Part shown: positions 26,335-39,871 of the stretch, in pieces
How the letters are laid out: the number at the start of each line of letters is the position of its first letter
How positions within the stretch are numbered: position 1 is the stretch's first letter
Origin: Opitutaceae bacterium
Lineage (GTDB): Bacteria; Verrucomicrobiota; Verrucomicrobiia; Opitutales; Opitutaceae
DNA length: 64,000 nucleotides
Direction of reading: 5' to 3'
Assembly: GCA_023269585.1 (NCBI GenBank)
Contig: JAHFTC010000007.1
Coordinates: 226 to 64,225 of the forward strand
Translations under genes and position numbers: made by a program
Notes under the pieces: generated by a model
Seen by the model: only the letters and a program-made list of their open reading frames with translations
What the model was told of the DNA's origin: nothing
The model's database searches: none

Positions 26335-28287
26335 TCAGCCTTGAGCCGGCTTGCCGCCGGTCGGCGCCGCCGGGGTGGCGGGGCGCTTCTCGGGGAGTGC
26401 GCGGGTGGCGATCTCCTGAAGCACGCGGGCAACGAAGTCGTCCTGCTTGATCACGCCCTCGTCGCCCTTGGCGCGGCTGCGGACCGAGACGCTGAGCGCC
26501 TCCGCCTCCTTCTGGCCGAGCACGAGCGCGTAGGGCACCTTGTCCAGCTCGGCGCGGCGGATCTTGGCGCCGAGCTTGTCGTTGGAGGTGTCGAGTACGA
26601 CGCGCACGCGGGCGTCCTTGAGCTTCTTGTACAGAGCGTCGCAGGCTTCGATGACCTTCTCGGAGATCGGGAGGATGCGGACCTGCTCGGGGGCGAGCCA
26701 CACCGGGAAGTCGCCCGCGAAGTGCTCGATGAGCACGCCGCAGAAACGCTCCATCGAGCCGAAGGGCGCGCGGTGGATCATGACCGGGCGGTGCGGCTTG
26801 TTGTCGGCGCCGACGTAGGAGAGGTCGAAGCGGATCGGGAGGTTGTAGTCGACCTGCACGGTGCCGAGCTGCCATTCGCGGCCGATGACATCCTTGATGA
26901 CGAAGTCGATCTTCGGGCCGTAGAAGGCGGCCTCGCCGGGCTCCTCGGTGAAGGGCACGCCGAGGGTCTTGGCGGCGTTGCGGCAGGCCTCCTCGGCCTT
27001 GGCCCAGTTCTCGTCGGTGCCGGTGTACTTGGCTGAATCCGGACTGCGGAGACCGACGCGGACGCGGTAGTCGTGCATGCCGAGGGTGGAGAGCACGATC
27101 TTCACGAGCTCAAGGCAGCCGAGCACTTCGCCGGCGACCTGGTCCTCGGTGCAGAAGAGGTGGGCGTCGTCCTGCGTGAAGCCGCGGACGCGTGTCATGC
27201 CGTTCAACTCGCCGGACTGTTCCCAGCGGTAGACGGTGCCGAACTCGGCGAGGCGCACGGGGAGATCGCGGTAGCTGTGCGGCTGCGACGCGAAGATCTT
27301 GATGTGGTGCGGGCAGTTCATCGGCTTCAGCATGAAGCCGTCGATGATCTTGTCGTCGGCCACGATGCGGTCGGCGGAGATCGTCTCCTTGCCGGTGCGC
27401 TCGTTGACCTGCGCGGCAAGCGCGGCGGGCACGCCTTCGAGGCGGTTCATCAGCTCGGCGCAGGAGCAGCCGCAGGTGCAGGCCTGGTCGAGGGCCTCGC
27501 GGTCGGCGATGGGGGCGAACTGCGAATCCTTGTAGTAGGGGAAGTGGCCGGACGTCTTGTAGAGCGTGAGCTTGCCGATGTGCGGCGTGAAGACCTGGTG
27601 ATAGCCCTGTTTGCGCAGTTCCTCGCCGATGAAGTTCTGCAGCTCCTGGCGGAGGATCGAGCCGTTGGGCGTCCAGAGTATGAGACCCTGGCCGACGTCC
27701 TCGTCGATGTGGAAGAGCTTGAGGTCCTTGCCGAGCTTGCGGTGGTCGCGGGCCTTGGCCTGCTCCATCTGCGTGAGGTAGGCGGCGAGCTCGTCCTTCG
27801 AGGCGAAGGCGGTGCCGTAGATGCGCTGGAGCTGTTTGTTCTTCTCGTTGCCGCGGTGGTAGGAGCCGGCGATGGAGAGGAGCTTGAAGGCCTTGATCTG
27901 CTTCGAGTAGCGGACGTGGGTTCCGGCGCAGAGGTCGATGAATTCGCCGTTCTGGTAGAACGAGATCGCCTCGCCCTCGGGGATGTCGTCGAGGCGGCCG
28001 AGCTTGTAGCGGGTCTGGCCGATCTTGTTGATCAGTTCGACGGCTTCGGCGCGCGGGAGTTCGGTGCGGCGGAAGGATTGGTTCTCCTCGATGACCTCCT
28101 TCATCTTCGCCTCGAGGGCGACCAGATCCTCGGTGGTGAGCTTACGGTCGAGGTCGATGTCGTAGTAGAAACCGGTCTCGGTCGGCGGGCCGATGTCGAG
28201 CTGGGTCTCGGGAAAGAGACGCAGGATTGCGGTGGCCAGCACGTGCGACGCGGAGTGCCGGATTTCTTCGAGCGGAGTCATTGCCAT
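26335..28287 (-). CDS. thrS: threonine--tRNA ligase (no N-terminal TGS domain; internal Cys-rich insertion)
   Basis: The editing-domain HxxxH (RHSASHVLA) sits at the N-terminus. Class II catalytic core includes KPMNCPHH. Start at ATG 28287. Confidence 0.92.
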   Translation of the reverse strand: MAMTPLEEIRHSASHVLATAILRLFPETQLDIGPPTETGFYYDIDLDRKLTTEDLVALEAKMKEVIEENQSFRRTELPRAEAVELINKIGQTRYKLGRLDDIPEGEAISFYQNGEFIDLCAGTHVRYSKQIKAFKLLSIAGSYHRGNEKNKQLQRIYGTAFASKDELAAYLTQMEQAKARDHRKLGKDLKLFHIDEDVGQGLILWTPNGSILRQELQNFIGEELRKQGYHQVFTPHIGKLTLYKTSGHFPYYKDSQFAPIADREALDQACTCGCSCAELMNRLEGVPAALAAQVNERTGKETISADRIVADDKIIDGFMLKPMNCPHHIKIFASQPHSYRDLPVRLAEFGTVYRWEQSGELNGMTRVRGFTQDDAHLFCTEDQVAGEVLGCLELVKIVLSTLGMHDYRVRVGLRSPDSAKYTGTDENWAKAEEACRNAAKTLGVPFTEEPGEAAFYGPKIDFVIKDVIGREWQLGTVQVDYNLPIRFDLSYVGADNKPHRPVMIHRAPFGSMERFCGVLIEHFAGDFPVWLAPEQVRILPISEKVIEACDALYKKLKDARVRVVLDTSNDKLGAKIRRAELDKVPYALVLGQKEAEALSVSVRSRAKGDEGVIKQDDFVARVLQEIATRALPEKRPATPAAPTGGKPAQG

Positions 28288-28518
28288 GATGTGTGTTGGT
28301 TGTGGCCCTGCGTACGATTGCAGCGCCGGAAAGGCGGAGAGTAGCGGGAAGCGGGGAGCGCGGGGCGAGAAGGAAATCGCGGCGGCACGCACCGGAGTGA
28401 AACGGCCCGTCGGGGCGGAAGTTCAAACGCGTTGGCGGGAGGCGCGGGCTGTGAGCCCTCTGGTGGCGCAGGCGATGGCGCCCTTGACCACCTCGGTCTT
28501 CTCTGTGAACTCTCCGCT

Positions 28519-28704
28519 GTGAACACCGCCTCGATCAAGGTCGTCGGCCAGTTGCAGAAAACCCCGTGGCAACGGTTTGCCCGGTTGCAGCGCACCGCGG
28601 CTCGTCTCGCGCTGGGGCGGGGCCAACCCAAGGGCGTGTTCCGGTTCGCGAGCAACGAGGCGTGCGACACATGGACGGCGAAGCTGAACCGGCACGCGAA
28701 GTGA
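28519..28704 (+). CDS. small hypothetical protein (possible partner of the nucleotidyltransferase)
   Basis: GTG 28519 in frame. The 61-aa product ends ...PKGVFRFASNEACDTWTAKLNRHAK. Overlaps the next ORF by 34 nt. Weak evidence. Confidence 0.3.
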   Translation: MNTASIKVVGQLQKTPWQRFARLQRTAARLALGRGQPKGVFRFASNEACDTWTAKLNRHAK

Positions 28705-29177
28705 CGCGGGTCCCGACCGACGCGGATCTGGTTTCGCTCGCCCGCGAACTCAACCGGCTCGGTGTTGCGTATGTGGTGGTTGGCGGCTTTGCGATCAACC
28801 GTCTGGGGTTCGTTCGGGCGACGGAGGACATCGATCTGCTCATCGCCCGCGACCGGGCGAACCAAGCGCTGGTCAAGCAGGCGCTGGAGGTTCTTCCCGA
28901 TCGTGCGATCCGGGAACTTGGCGACGAGGACCTTTCCCAGTGGATCGTCGTGCGAGTGAATGACTACATCACCGTCGACCTGATGACAGCGGCCTGCGGC
29001 GTGAGCTACGAGGAGGCCGAGGCGGGCATCGAGTGCGAAGTGATCGACGGAGTCTCCATCCCCTTCGCCGGAGCCGAACTGATGCTGAAGATGAAACAGA
29101 GCAGCCGGGAGAAGGATGCGGCGGACCGCACTTTCCTGCAGCAGTTGATCCGCGCCCGCGGCGGCGAGAAGTCGTGA
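28671..29177 (+). CDS. Pol-beta-superfamily nucleotidyltransferase
   Basis: GG-X13-DIDLL pattern (VVGGFAINRLGFVRATEDIDLLI) is typical of minimal nucleotidyltransferases. Start at ATG 28671. Confidence 0.6.
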   Translation: MDGEAEPAREVTRVPTDADLVSLARELNRLGVAYVVVGGFAINRLGFVRATEDIDLLIARDRANQALVKQALEVLPDRAIRELGDEDLSQWIVVRVNDYITVDLMTAACGVSYEEAEAGIECEVIDGVSIPFAGAELMLKMKQSSREKDAADRTFLQQLIRARGGEKS

Positions 29178-29193
29178 GTGTTCGCCACGTCGC

Positions 29194-30081
29194 TTAGAAC
29201 GGCTGGGCGCTTACGCGGACCGGGCCGAGGAGGAGGTGCTGGTCGCGGGCGGGGGCCCAGCTGGGGTCGTTGCCGCCGTAGAAGACGTTGTGCATGTACT
29301 GCGTGAGCTTCCAGTCCTGGCCGGGCTGGAGGAAACGGAAGTTCTTCTCCAGCCGGAGTGTGCCGTCGATCCAGATACGGACGGCGCCGTCGACCTCGGG
29401 CGTGCCGAGCACAACCCGGAGTTTGATCGTGTACGTGCGACCGGCCTCGACGCCCTGGATGAAGAACCGGTCGCCATATTTCTCGGTCTGGGTGGGCCAG
29501 TAGAGGTAGAGCTCGAGGTAGTTCTGGGGCTCGGTGGAGAAACGGTTGTCGCGGCGCCACATGGGGCGGGCGCTCAGGCCGTCGGGGTCGCCGAGGCCAC
29601 CGGAGGGATGGGAACCGCCGCTGAGTCCGGGGAGTTTGCCGCCACCGTGGGGACGGGTGTTGTTTTGGCTGAATTCCCAATCGACGGGGAAATGCACGGC
29701 GTATTCGACCGTGTAGGTGTCGCTCGGCGCGAGCGCGGCGGCGAATTTGCAGCCATGCGCGCCCCGGGTGTGGGTGCCGGCCTTGAAGCGCGGCTCGAGC
29801 CACTTCTGGCCGGAGCCGGCGGGAAACTCGCGGATGAAGGCGTCGCCGGGCTCCTCATACCAGACGAGGGTGGGCCAGTCGGTGCGGGCTTCGGCGGTGG
29901 CGTAGCGTTGCCCGTCGGTCCAGCGGGAGTAGTCGACGGTCCAGTCCAGTGGACGGTCGACGGTGGACTGTGGACGGTTGACCGTGGACGGGGGCGGGTT
30001 GCCGGTCGAAGGGGCGGGCTCGGCGGCGGGGAGGGGGATCGCGGCGAGCGCGAGCAGGGTGGCGGCGAGGAGGGGGCGCAT
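29194..30081 (-). CDS. secreted polysaccharide-lyase-like protein (PL14-like)
   Basis: Signal peptide MRPLLAATLLALAAIPLPAAEP. GGGKLPGLSGG motif and a beta-jelly-roll-like composition. Family call is tentative. Confidence 0.5.
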   Translation of the reverse strand: MRPLLAATLLALAAIPLPAAEPAPSTGNPPPSTVNRPQSTVDRPLDWTVDYSRWTDGQRYATAEARTDWPTLVWYEEPGDAFIREFPAGSGQKWLEPRFKAGTHTRGAHGCKFAAALAPSDTYTVEYAVHFPVDWEFSQNNTRPHGGGKLPGLSGGSHPSGGLGDPDGLSARPMWRRDNRFSTEPQNYLELYLYWPTQTEKYGDRFFIQGVEAGRTYTIKLRVVLGTPEVDGAVRIWIDGTLRLEKNFRFLQPGQDWKLTQYMHNVFYGGNDPSWAPARDQHLLLGPVRVSAQPF

Positions 30082-30215
30082 GGGGAAGGGGAAACCGGAA
30101 AGGACTTCGAACCGCGAACGTTGAACGATCAACTTCCAACACGAGGCTGGCGGAGGGCGACCCGAGATGCGACGGCGGTTTGGTGCGTTGGTGTAACGTG
30201 CGAGCCGCTCCCTGA

Positions 30216-30334
30216 GGTAGGGATGGCGCTCCGCGCCGTCCGGGCAGAACCCCGCGGCTGTTCGGAGCTGGGTCCGCTGCGGCGATGTCCGACGTGGGTG
30301 GCGGTTGCGGACGGCGCGGAGCGCCATCCCTACC
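30216..30334. repeat. inverted pair of REP-like elements (27-bp perfect inverted repeat, 65-nt spacer)
   Basis: 30216-30242 (ggtagggatggcgctccgcgccgtccg) is the exact reverse complement of 30308-30334. Confidence 0.85.
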
Positions 30335-30344
30335 AACTGGCAGA

Positions 30345-31727
30345 TCAACCCTTCTTCGCGGGCTCGAGCTTGTAGTCGGTCTTGCTGTCGAGCATCGCCC
30401 AGCCGAGGGCTGTGATGGAGCCGCGGAGACGGTCGGCCTCGGCCCAGTTCTTCGCCTGCTTGGCGGCCCAGCGTTGGGCGGCGAGGTCCTTCACCTCGGC
30501 GGGGGCCTCGGCCGCGGGCGCGACGGGAGCGTCGAGCTTGAGGCCGAGGGCGAAGAGGACGCGGTCGAAGGACGCGAGCGAGACGCCGACGGGACCGCGG
30601 TTGACGACCGTTAACAGCGCGCCGAGGGCGGCGGGGGTGTTGAGATCGTCGCACAAGGCGGCGAAGACGGGTTCGAGCGCGGCGGCGTCACCACCGGTCG
30701 GCGACAGCGCGGCGCGGAACGTGCGCAGCGTGGCGAGGACCTTCTCGGCGGCGTGCAGCGAATCGATGGTGAAGTTGAGCTGCTTGCGCGGGTGGCCGGA
30801 GAGCAGCGCGTAGCGCAGGGCCATCGGGCTGAAGCCTTTAGCCTGGAGGTCGTCGAGGGTGTAGAGGTTGCCGAGGCTCTTCGACATCTTCGCGCCGTCG
30901 ACCATGAGGTGCTTGCTGTGGTACCAGTGCAGCGCGAACGCGTGGCCGGTGCAGCACTCGGTCTGGGCGATCTCGTTCTCGTGGTGCGGGAAGAGCAGGT
31001 CCTCGCCGCCGGTGTGCAGGTCGATGGTCTCGCCGAGGTGTTTGCGGCTCATGGCGCTGCACTCGATGTGCCAGCCGGGGCGACCCGCGGCGGCGCCGGC
31101 GGGACCGGGCCACTTCACGTCGCCATCCTCGGGTTTCCAGGCCTTCCAGAGGGCGAAATCGGAGCCGTCCTCCTTCTCGTCGGCGTCGGCGGTCTGCGGT
31201 TTGTGCGCGAGGGCGGACCCGACTTGGAGCTCGCGTTCCTTCACGCGGGAGAGGGCGCCGTAGCCGGGGAAGGATCCAACCTTAAAATACACGGAGCCGT
31301 CGCCGGTGGCGTAGGCGTGGCCCTTCTGCAGGAGCTCGGCGATCATGCCGACCTGTTCGGGAATGTGGCCGGTGGCGGTGGGCTCGACGTGGGGCCGCAG
31401 GCAGTTGAGGGCGTCGCAGTCGGCGTGGAACTTGTCGGTCCATTTCTGGGTGACCTCGGCGAGCGGGCGCGCTTCTTCGCGGGAGCGGCGGATGGTCTTG
31501 TCGTCGACGTCGGTGATGTTGCGGACGTGTTTCACCTTGTCCGGGCCGAACTCGAGCTCGAGCACGCGGCGGAGGAGGTCGTTGACGACGAAGGTGCGGA
31601 AATTGCCGATATGCGCGGGCGCGTAGACGGTGGGGCCGCAGTTGTAGAACCGGTAGACGCCGTCGGGCTGGGACGGGCGGAGCTGTTGCAGGCTGCGGGT
31701 CAGGGAATCGAAGAGCGTGACGGGCAT
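30345..31727 (-). CDS. cysS: cysteine--tRNA ligase
   Basis: HIGH-type motif PAHIGNFRTF and KMSKS motif AKMSKSLGN. Start at ATG 31727. Confidence 0.92.
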   Translation of the reverse strand: MPVTLFDSLTRSLQQLRPSQPDGVYRFYNCGPTVYAPAHIGNFRTFVVNDLLRRVLELEFGPDKVKHVRNITDVDDKTIRRSREEARPLAEVTQKWTDKFHADCDALNCLRPHVEPTATGHIPEQVGMIAELLQKGHAYATGDGSVYFKVGSFPGYGALSRVKERELQVGSALAHKPQTADADEKEDGSDFALWKAWKPEDGDVKWPGPAGAAAGRPGWHIECSAMSRKHLGETIDLHTGGEDLLFPHHENEIAQTECCTGHAFALHWYHSKHLMVDGAKMSKSLGNLYTLDDLQAKGFSPMALRYALLSGHPRKQLNFTIDSLHAAEKVLATLRTFRAALSPTGGDAAALEPVFAALCDDLNTPAALGALLTVVNRGPVGVSLASFDRVLFALGLKLDAPVAPAAEAPAEVKDLAAQRWAAKQAKNWAEADRLRGSITALGWAMLDSKTDYKLEPAKKG

Positions 31728-31989
31728 GGCGAAGGCGGGAGACGCTAGGGGATCGGCGGGAAAAAACCAGCCCGGGCTTGCCGCGATTTGGTGGGAGCGC
31801 GACGGGCGCTGGAGGGCGGGGCGGGACGTAGCCGTGCGCGCTGGCGCCGGGCGGCGCACGGGAGATCGCCGGGGATCCTGGCGCGCGCTCCCGGCCGAGC
31901 CGCGTTTTCCGCGGTTGCCGCCGCGGCCGGCGGGTGGTTTCTGAAGCTCAATCCCCCGCGTTCCCGGCCGATTAACAGACGTCGCCTCA

Positions 31990-36027
<4,038 letters not shown>

Positions 36028-36247
36028 GCCGAGCATCGGGTCGTGCGCCGGGGGCCCGGTGGTCGTCGTGCTTCCAGCCTGGGCACAAGAGGGCTGGTGC
36101 TCGTCACTCCCCGGCCCGGATCCGGTCCGCGAGGTCGGTCGACCCACGGCGAGCGCTCGGCAACCGAGCGGCCCGCAGGCGTTGCCGGGCCGCGGACTTG
36201 GATAAACAAGGCATCGAGGCGATCGGCGTCGCGCGCGGAGGCGAGGG

Positions 36248-39200
36248 CTATGGGGAGGGCGCTACCCGGAGGCGGAGAAAGCGCGGTGTGGCGGGGGCGG
36301 AGACCACGGAGTCGCGATAGGTGACGGGAGTGGCGGCCGGGACGTAGACCGCTCCCGGGACCGTCGCCCAGGTGACGAGGTCGCTGCTGCTTTCGACGGT
36401 GTAGCGCACGTCGGTGGCGGCGGCGCGCCGCGGGAAGGTGAGCGTGAGGTAGGTGGCGCCGTCGATGGTGACGGCGCCGTTGCGAACCGGCGACTGCACC
36501 GGGCCGCGCGCGGCGAGGCCGAAGGCGTAACGGGTGTAGTTGGAAAATCCGGAGCGATCGGGGTCGGCGGCGGGGCCGGAGATCGCGTCGTTGGTGCGAT
36601 CGGCGCCGGAGAAGTGGGCGGTGCGCCACGCTGCGTAGTTGTTGGACGGATCCGCGCTGAGCTGCACCTCGTACCAGAGGGTGTCTCCGCCTTGGCCGAG
36701 CGTGAGCGTGGCGCGGCCGGATTGCTCGGTGACGGGCAATTCGGCCAGGCGGGCGCCGGCGGCGGAGAGCGCCCAAGCCTGCACGCGGGCGGCGGGCACG
36801 GGCAACTCGATCTGTGCGGGCACGATCTCCACGAGGAACGGCGCGCCGCCCCAGTTGGTCAGGCCGGTGTGGGTCGCGTCGCGCCATTTCCAGCCGGTGT
36901 TGGCGTACTGGCCGGTGGCGACGACGAGAGCGCGGCCCGCGCCGGTGCCCGCGAAGCCGTCGCCCTCGAGGAGGGTTACGCCGACGGTGCACCAATCGAG
37001 GCGGGTGACGCCGGTGGTGATGGCCACGCCGCCGAGTTCCACGCGTCGGCCGGAGCCGAAGCCGGCGAACGCCTTGGTGCGGGGCGTGTCGATGGTGAAG
37101 AAACCGGCGGCCGGATCGGTGGAGTCCCAGCGCAGTTCGCCGGTGTCGCTCACGAACACGGGGCCGGCGGGGCGGGCGGGGGGAGTGGCGGGGCCGGTGG
37201 CGCCTTCGCCGATGGCCATGCGGATGCGGCTGACGAGGGCGACGGAGGGGGGCATGCCGACGAAGGCGGCGTGGGGCATGTTGAAGTGGCCGGCGCGGGT
37301 CACGATCTCGGTGATCTCGCGCGCGGGAGTCATGCCGACCACGTATTCGTTGAGGGCGGGCGAGACGTCGCGACGGAAGAGGGCGGCCGCGATGGGGATG
37401 TTCGCCAGCTTGTTCATCGAGTTGAGGGAGTCCCAGTGGTCCCAGATGGCGAGGCGGTCGTTGGTCCAGTAGGAGTAGACCCAGTAGCCGTCGAGGTCCT
37501 GCAACGCGGCGAAGGCCGGGAAGAAAAACTCCTGCTCGCCGGCGTAGAGGTTCGGAGCGGGGTGCTCGTACTCGGTGGCGATGTTGGGGTAGCCTTTCAC
37601 CTGCCGGAGCGCGCCGAAGATCATGTCGTTCTCCCGGGGCGAGTTCACCATCGCACGGTGCTCCATGCTCCAGTCGAAGCGGTCGGTGTGGTCCCGATAG
37701 GAGGGGCCGAGGGCGGGGTAGTTCCAGTAGTTGTGCGTATCCATCGCCTGCAGCACCGCCTGGCAGCTGGCGGGGGAGTTGCGTGCGATGGTGCCCACGA
37801 CGACCGCCTGGAAGCCGAGCGAGCGGATGTAATCGCGCATGCCGGACCAGTAGGTCCGCTCGAGGTCGAGGAGGAAGCGCACCCAGTCCTCCCGCATGCC
37901 GATGTGGTCGGAGGGTTCGTTGGTCAGGAGCGCCGGGATGTTGCCGGCCGCCAGGGTGACGCCGGGCGGGAGGGTGCCGACCGAGCCGCCCGGGCGTAGC
38001 TGCACGTCGGCGATCCAGGTGCGGCCGGGGGCGACGCCGAGGCAGAAGCCGAGGCGGGACTTCTCCTCGGTGGCGCGCATGACGAAGGTGCGCGTGTAGT
38101 ATTGCCACTCGGCGCCCTGCACCTTGATCGGCTCGCACAGATCGGCGTAGCCGGCGCGGGCGGCGTAGAGTTTGACGGTGTGCACGGTTTCGGAGGCCTC
38201 GACCTTGGCCCAGAAGCTGAGCGTGTACGCCTCGTGGGCGGCGAGGGAGAGGTCCTTGTGCAGGAGCTGCACGGAGGCGAAGTTGCCGGCGGAGGCGGTC
38301 TGCACGACACGGCACGGGGCGCCGTTGAAGTCGGCCGCGACGCTCGTGGTCGCCGCGGCGCCGTTGGGAAGGTCGCGGTAGAGGGACCAACCTTCGGAGC
38401 TGAGCGAAGCCGTGACCGCGGCGAGGCGGTTTGGGCCGAGGGGCTCGTCGACGGCGAACCAGCCGGCATACAGGGCGGCCTGATCGGCGTAGCGGGTGCG
38501 AAGCCAGACGTTCCAGCGGCGTTGCAACTCGTCGGTGTAGACCGTGGGCATGGCGGCGAGCTGGCCGTGGAGCCAGCCATCGGCCAGGCCGTTCTCGTTG
38601 AGGATCTCGACGATCGCGACCGCGGGGTCCTGCGCGAGGGAGCGGTTGTTGCGATAGGGATTGGGGGAGGCGAGCAGCCAGACGGCGTACTCCTTCTGGA
38701 GCTCGACCATCCGGTCGTTGAAGAAGCTCAACAGGTGCTGGCGGGCCCAGGGCATGGTGGCGATCTCGGCGCCGAGGCCGTCGTCCTTCTGGAAGGAGCG
38801 TGCGACCAGGAGGTTCACGTTGGCGTAGATGCCGACGTCGGCGCAGCGGGCCATGAAGTAGTGCAGGCGGTCGCGCGCGTTCTCGTCGAAGCGGCGGGAG
38901 GTGCTGGAATCCTTGATGATCAGGGACCCCGGTTCCTCGGTGTAGTACGGCCAGAACGAATCGGCCCAGTGGAAACGCACGGAGTTGAAGCCGAAACGCG
39001 CGAGGCGCTGCGCGTGGAGGTCGGCCCCGGCGTGGGTGGGGAAATTCTTGTTCGAGGTGAGATCAACCCCGAAGAATCGGATACGGTTTCCGCCCACCTG
39101 AAAGTGCCCGTCCGCACTGACGGTGACGACGCCCGCGGCGCCCGCCGGTTCGGGGTTCCAGGCGCGCAGGTCGGGAAACACGCCGCTCGGCGTGGTGTTC

Positions 39201-39553
39201 GGGATGGTGAAGGGCTTGAGGGCGACGGAGGGATCGTCGGGGCGCACGACCGCGGGGGCGGACTCGGTTGTGCCGGCGGAGTTGGTCACCGCGACCGAAT
39301 AGGAGCCGGCGCCGTTGGCGAAGTAGCTGGAGGCCGTGGCGCCGGCTATGGGTGTGCCGTTGAGCTTCCACTGGTAGGACAGCGGCTCGGTGCCGGTGGC
39401 CTGCACGCTCAGCGTGAAGGTGCCGAAGAGGTCCACCGGCCCGCCGGTCGGCGGGATTGCGATCGTTGGCGGCGCGGAGGGAGCGGTGGCGTGGAGGCCG
39501 ACCGTTGCGAGGGCCACGAGGGCAAGGGCAAGGCGTGCGAGGCGTGAAGGCAT
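36248..39553 (-). CDS. secreted glycoside hydrolase (clan GH-A, GH5-like) with an N-terminal Ig-like domain
   Basis: Signal peptide. Ig-like repeat (SYQWKLNGTPIAGAT). TIM-barrel-type blocks (FGFNSVRFHW, IVEILNENG). A C-terminal conserved tail ends in RFLRLRV. Confidence 0.72.
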   Translation of the reverse strand: MPSRLARLALALVALATVGLHATAPSAPPTIAIPPTGGPVDLFGTFTLSVQATGTEPLSYQWKLNGTPIAGATASSYFANGAGSYSVAVTNSAGTTESAPAVVRPDDPSVALKPFTIPNTTPSGVFPDLRAWNPEPAGAAGVVTVSADGHFQVGGNRIRFFGVDLTSNKNFPTHAGADLHAQRLARFGFNSVRFHWADSFWPYYTEEPGSLIIKDSSTSRRFDENARDRLHYFMARCADVGIYANVNLLVARSFQKDDGLGAEIATMPWARQHLLSFFNDRMVELQKEYAVWLLASPNPYRNNRSLAQDPAVAIVEILNENGLADGWLHGQLAAMPTVYTDELQRRWNVWLRTRYADQAALYAGWFAVDEPLGPNRLAAVTASLSSEGWSLYRDLPNGAAATTSVAADFNGAPCRVVQTASAGNFASVQLLHKDLSLAAHEAYTLSFWAKVEASETVHTVKLYAARAGYADLCEPIKVQGAEWQYYTRTFVMRATEEKSRLGFCLGVAPGRTWIADVQLRPGGSVGTLPPGVTLAAGNIPALLTNEPSDHIGMREDWVRFLLDLERTYWSGMRDYIRSLGFQAVVVGTIARNSPASCQAVLQAMDTHNYWNYPALGPSYRDHTDRFDWSMEHRAMVNSPRENDMIFGALRQVKGYPNIATEYEHPAPNLYAGEQEFFFPAFAALQDLDGYWVYSYWTNDRLAIWDHWDSLNSMNKLANIPIAAALFRRDVSPALNEYVVGMTPAREITEIVTRAGHFNMPHAAFVGMPPSVALVSRIRMAIGEGATGPATPPARPAGPVFVSDTGELRWDSTDPAAGFFTIDTPRTKAFAGFGSGRRVELGGVAITTGVTRLDWCTVGVTLLEGDGFAGTGAGRALVVATGQYANTGWKWRDATHTGLTNWGGAPFLVEIVPAQIELPVPAARVQAWALSAAGARLAELPVTEQSGRATLTLGQGGDTLWYEVQLSADPSNNYAAWRTAHFSGADRTNDAISGPAADPDRSGFSNYTRYAFGLAARGPVQSPVRNGAVTIDGATYLTLTFPRRAAATDVRYTVESSSDLVTWATVPGAVYVPAATPVTYRDSVVSAPATPRFLRLRVAPSP

Positions 39554-39871
39554 GGGAGGACGCTTGGTTGTCGAAGTTTTACGGCGACGGGCCCGGTCGA
39601 AACGGAGGAGGTATCAGAGAAAGCGCACGGGTGAGCGGTTCAACGCTTTCGCGGTCATCTTCCGGTAACCGGGCGGTAAAGATTCGGTTTGCGCCGCGTT
39701 GGTGCCGCGCCCCGTCCGTGTCGCTCATCCGTCGTGCCGGTCCGCGGCAATCGGCGTGGCGGCGGCCGCTCGGCTCGCCCGATTTGTCCGAAGGGAGCCG
39801 AAGAACTCCGCGGCCGCGTTGAAAACGTCCCCCGGCAACGCATCGTCCAGCCCAGCCACCCGCGCCTGCCC

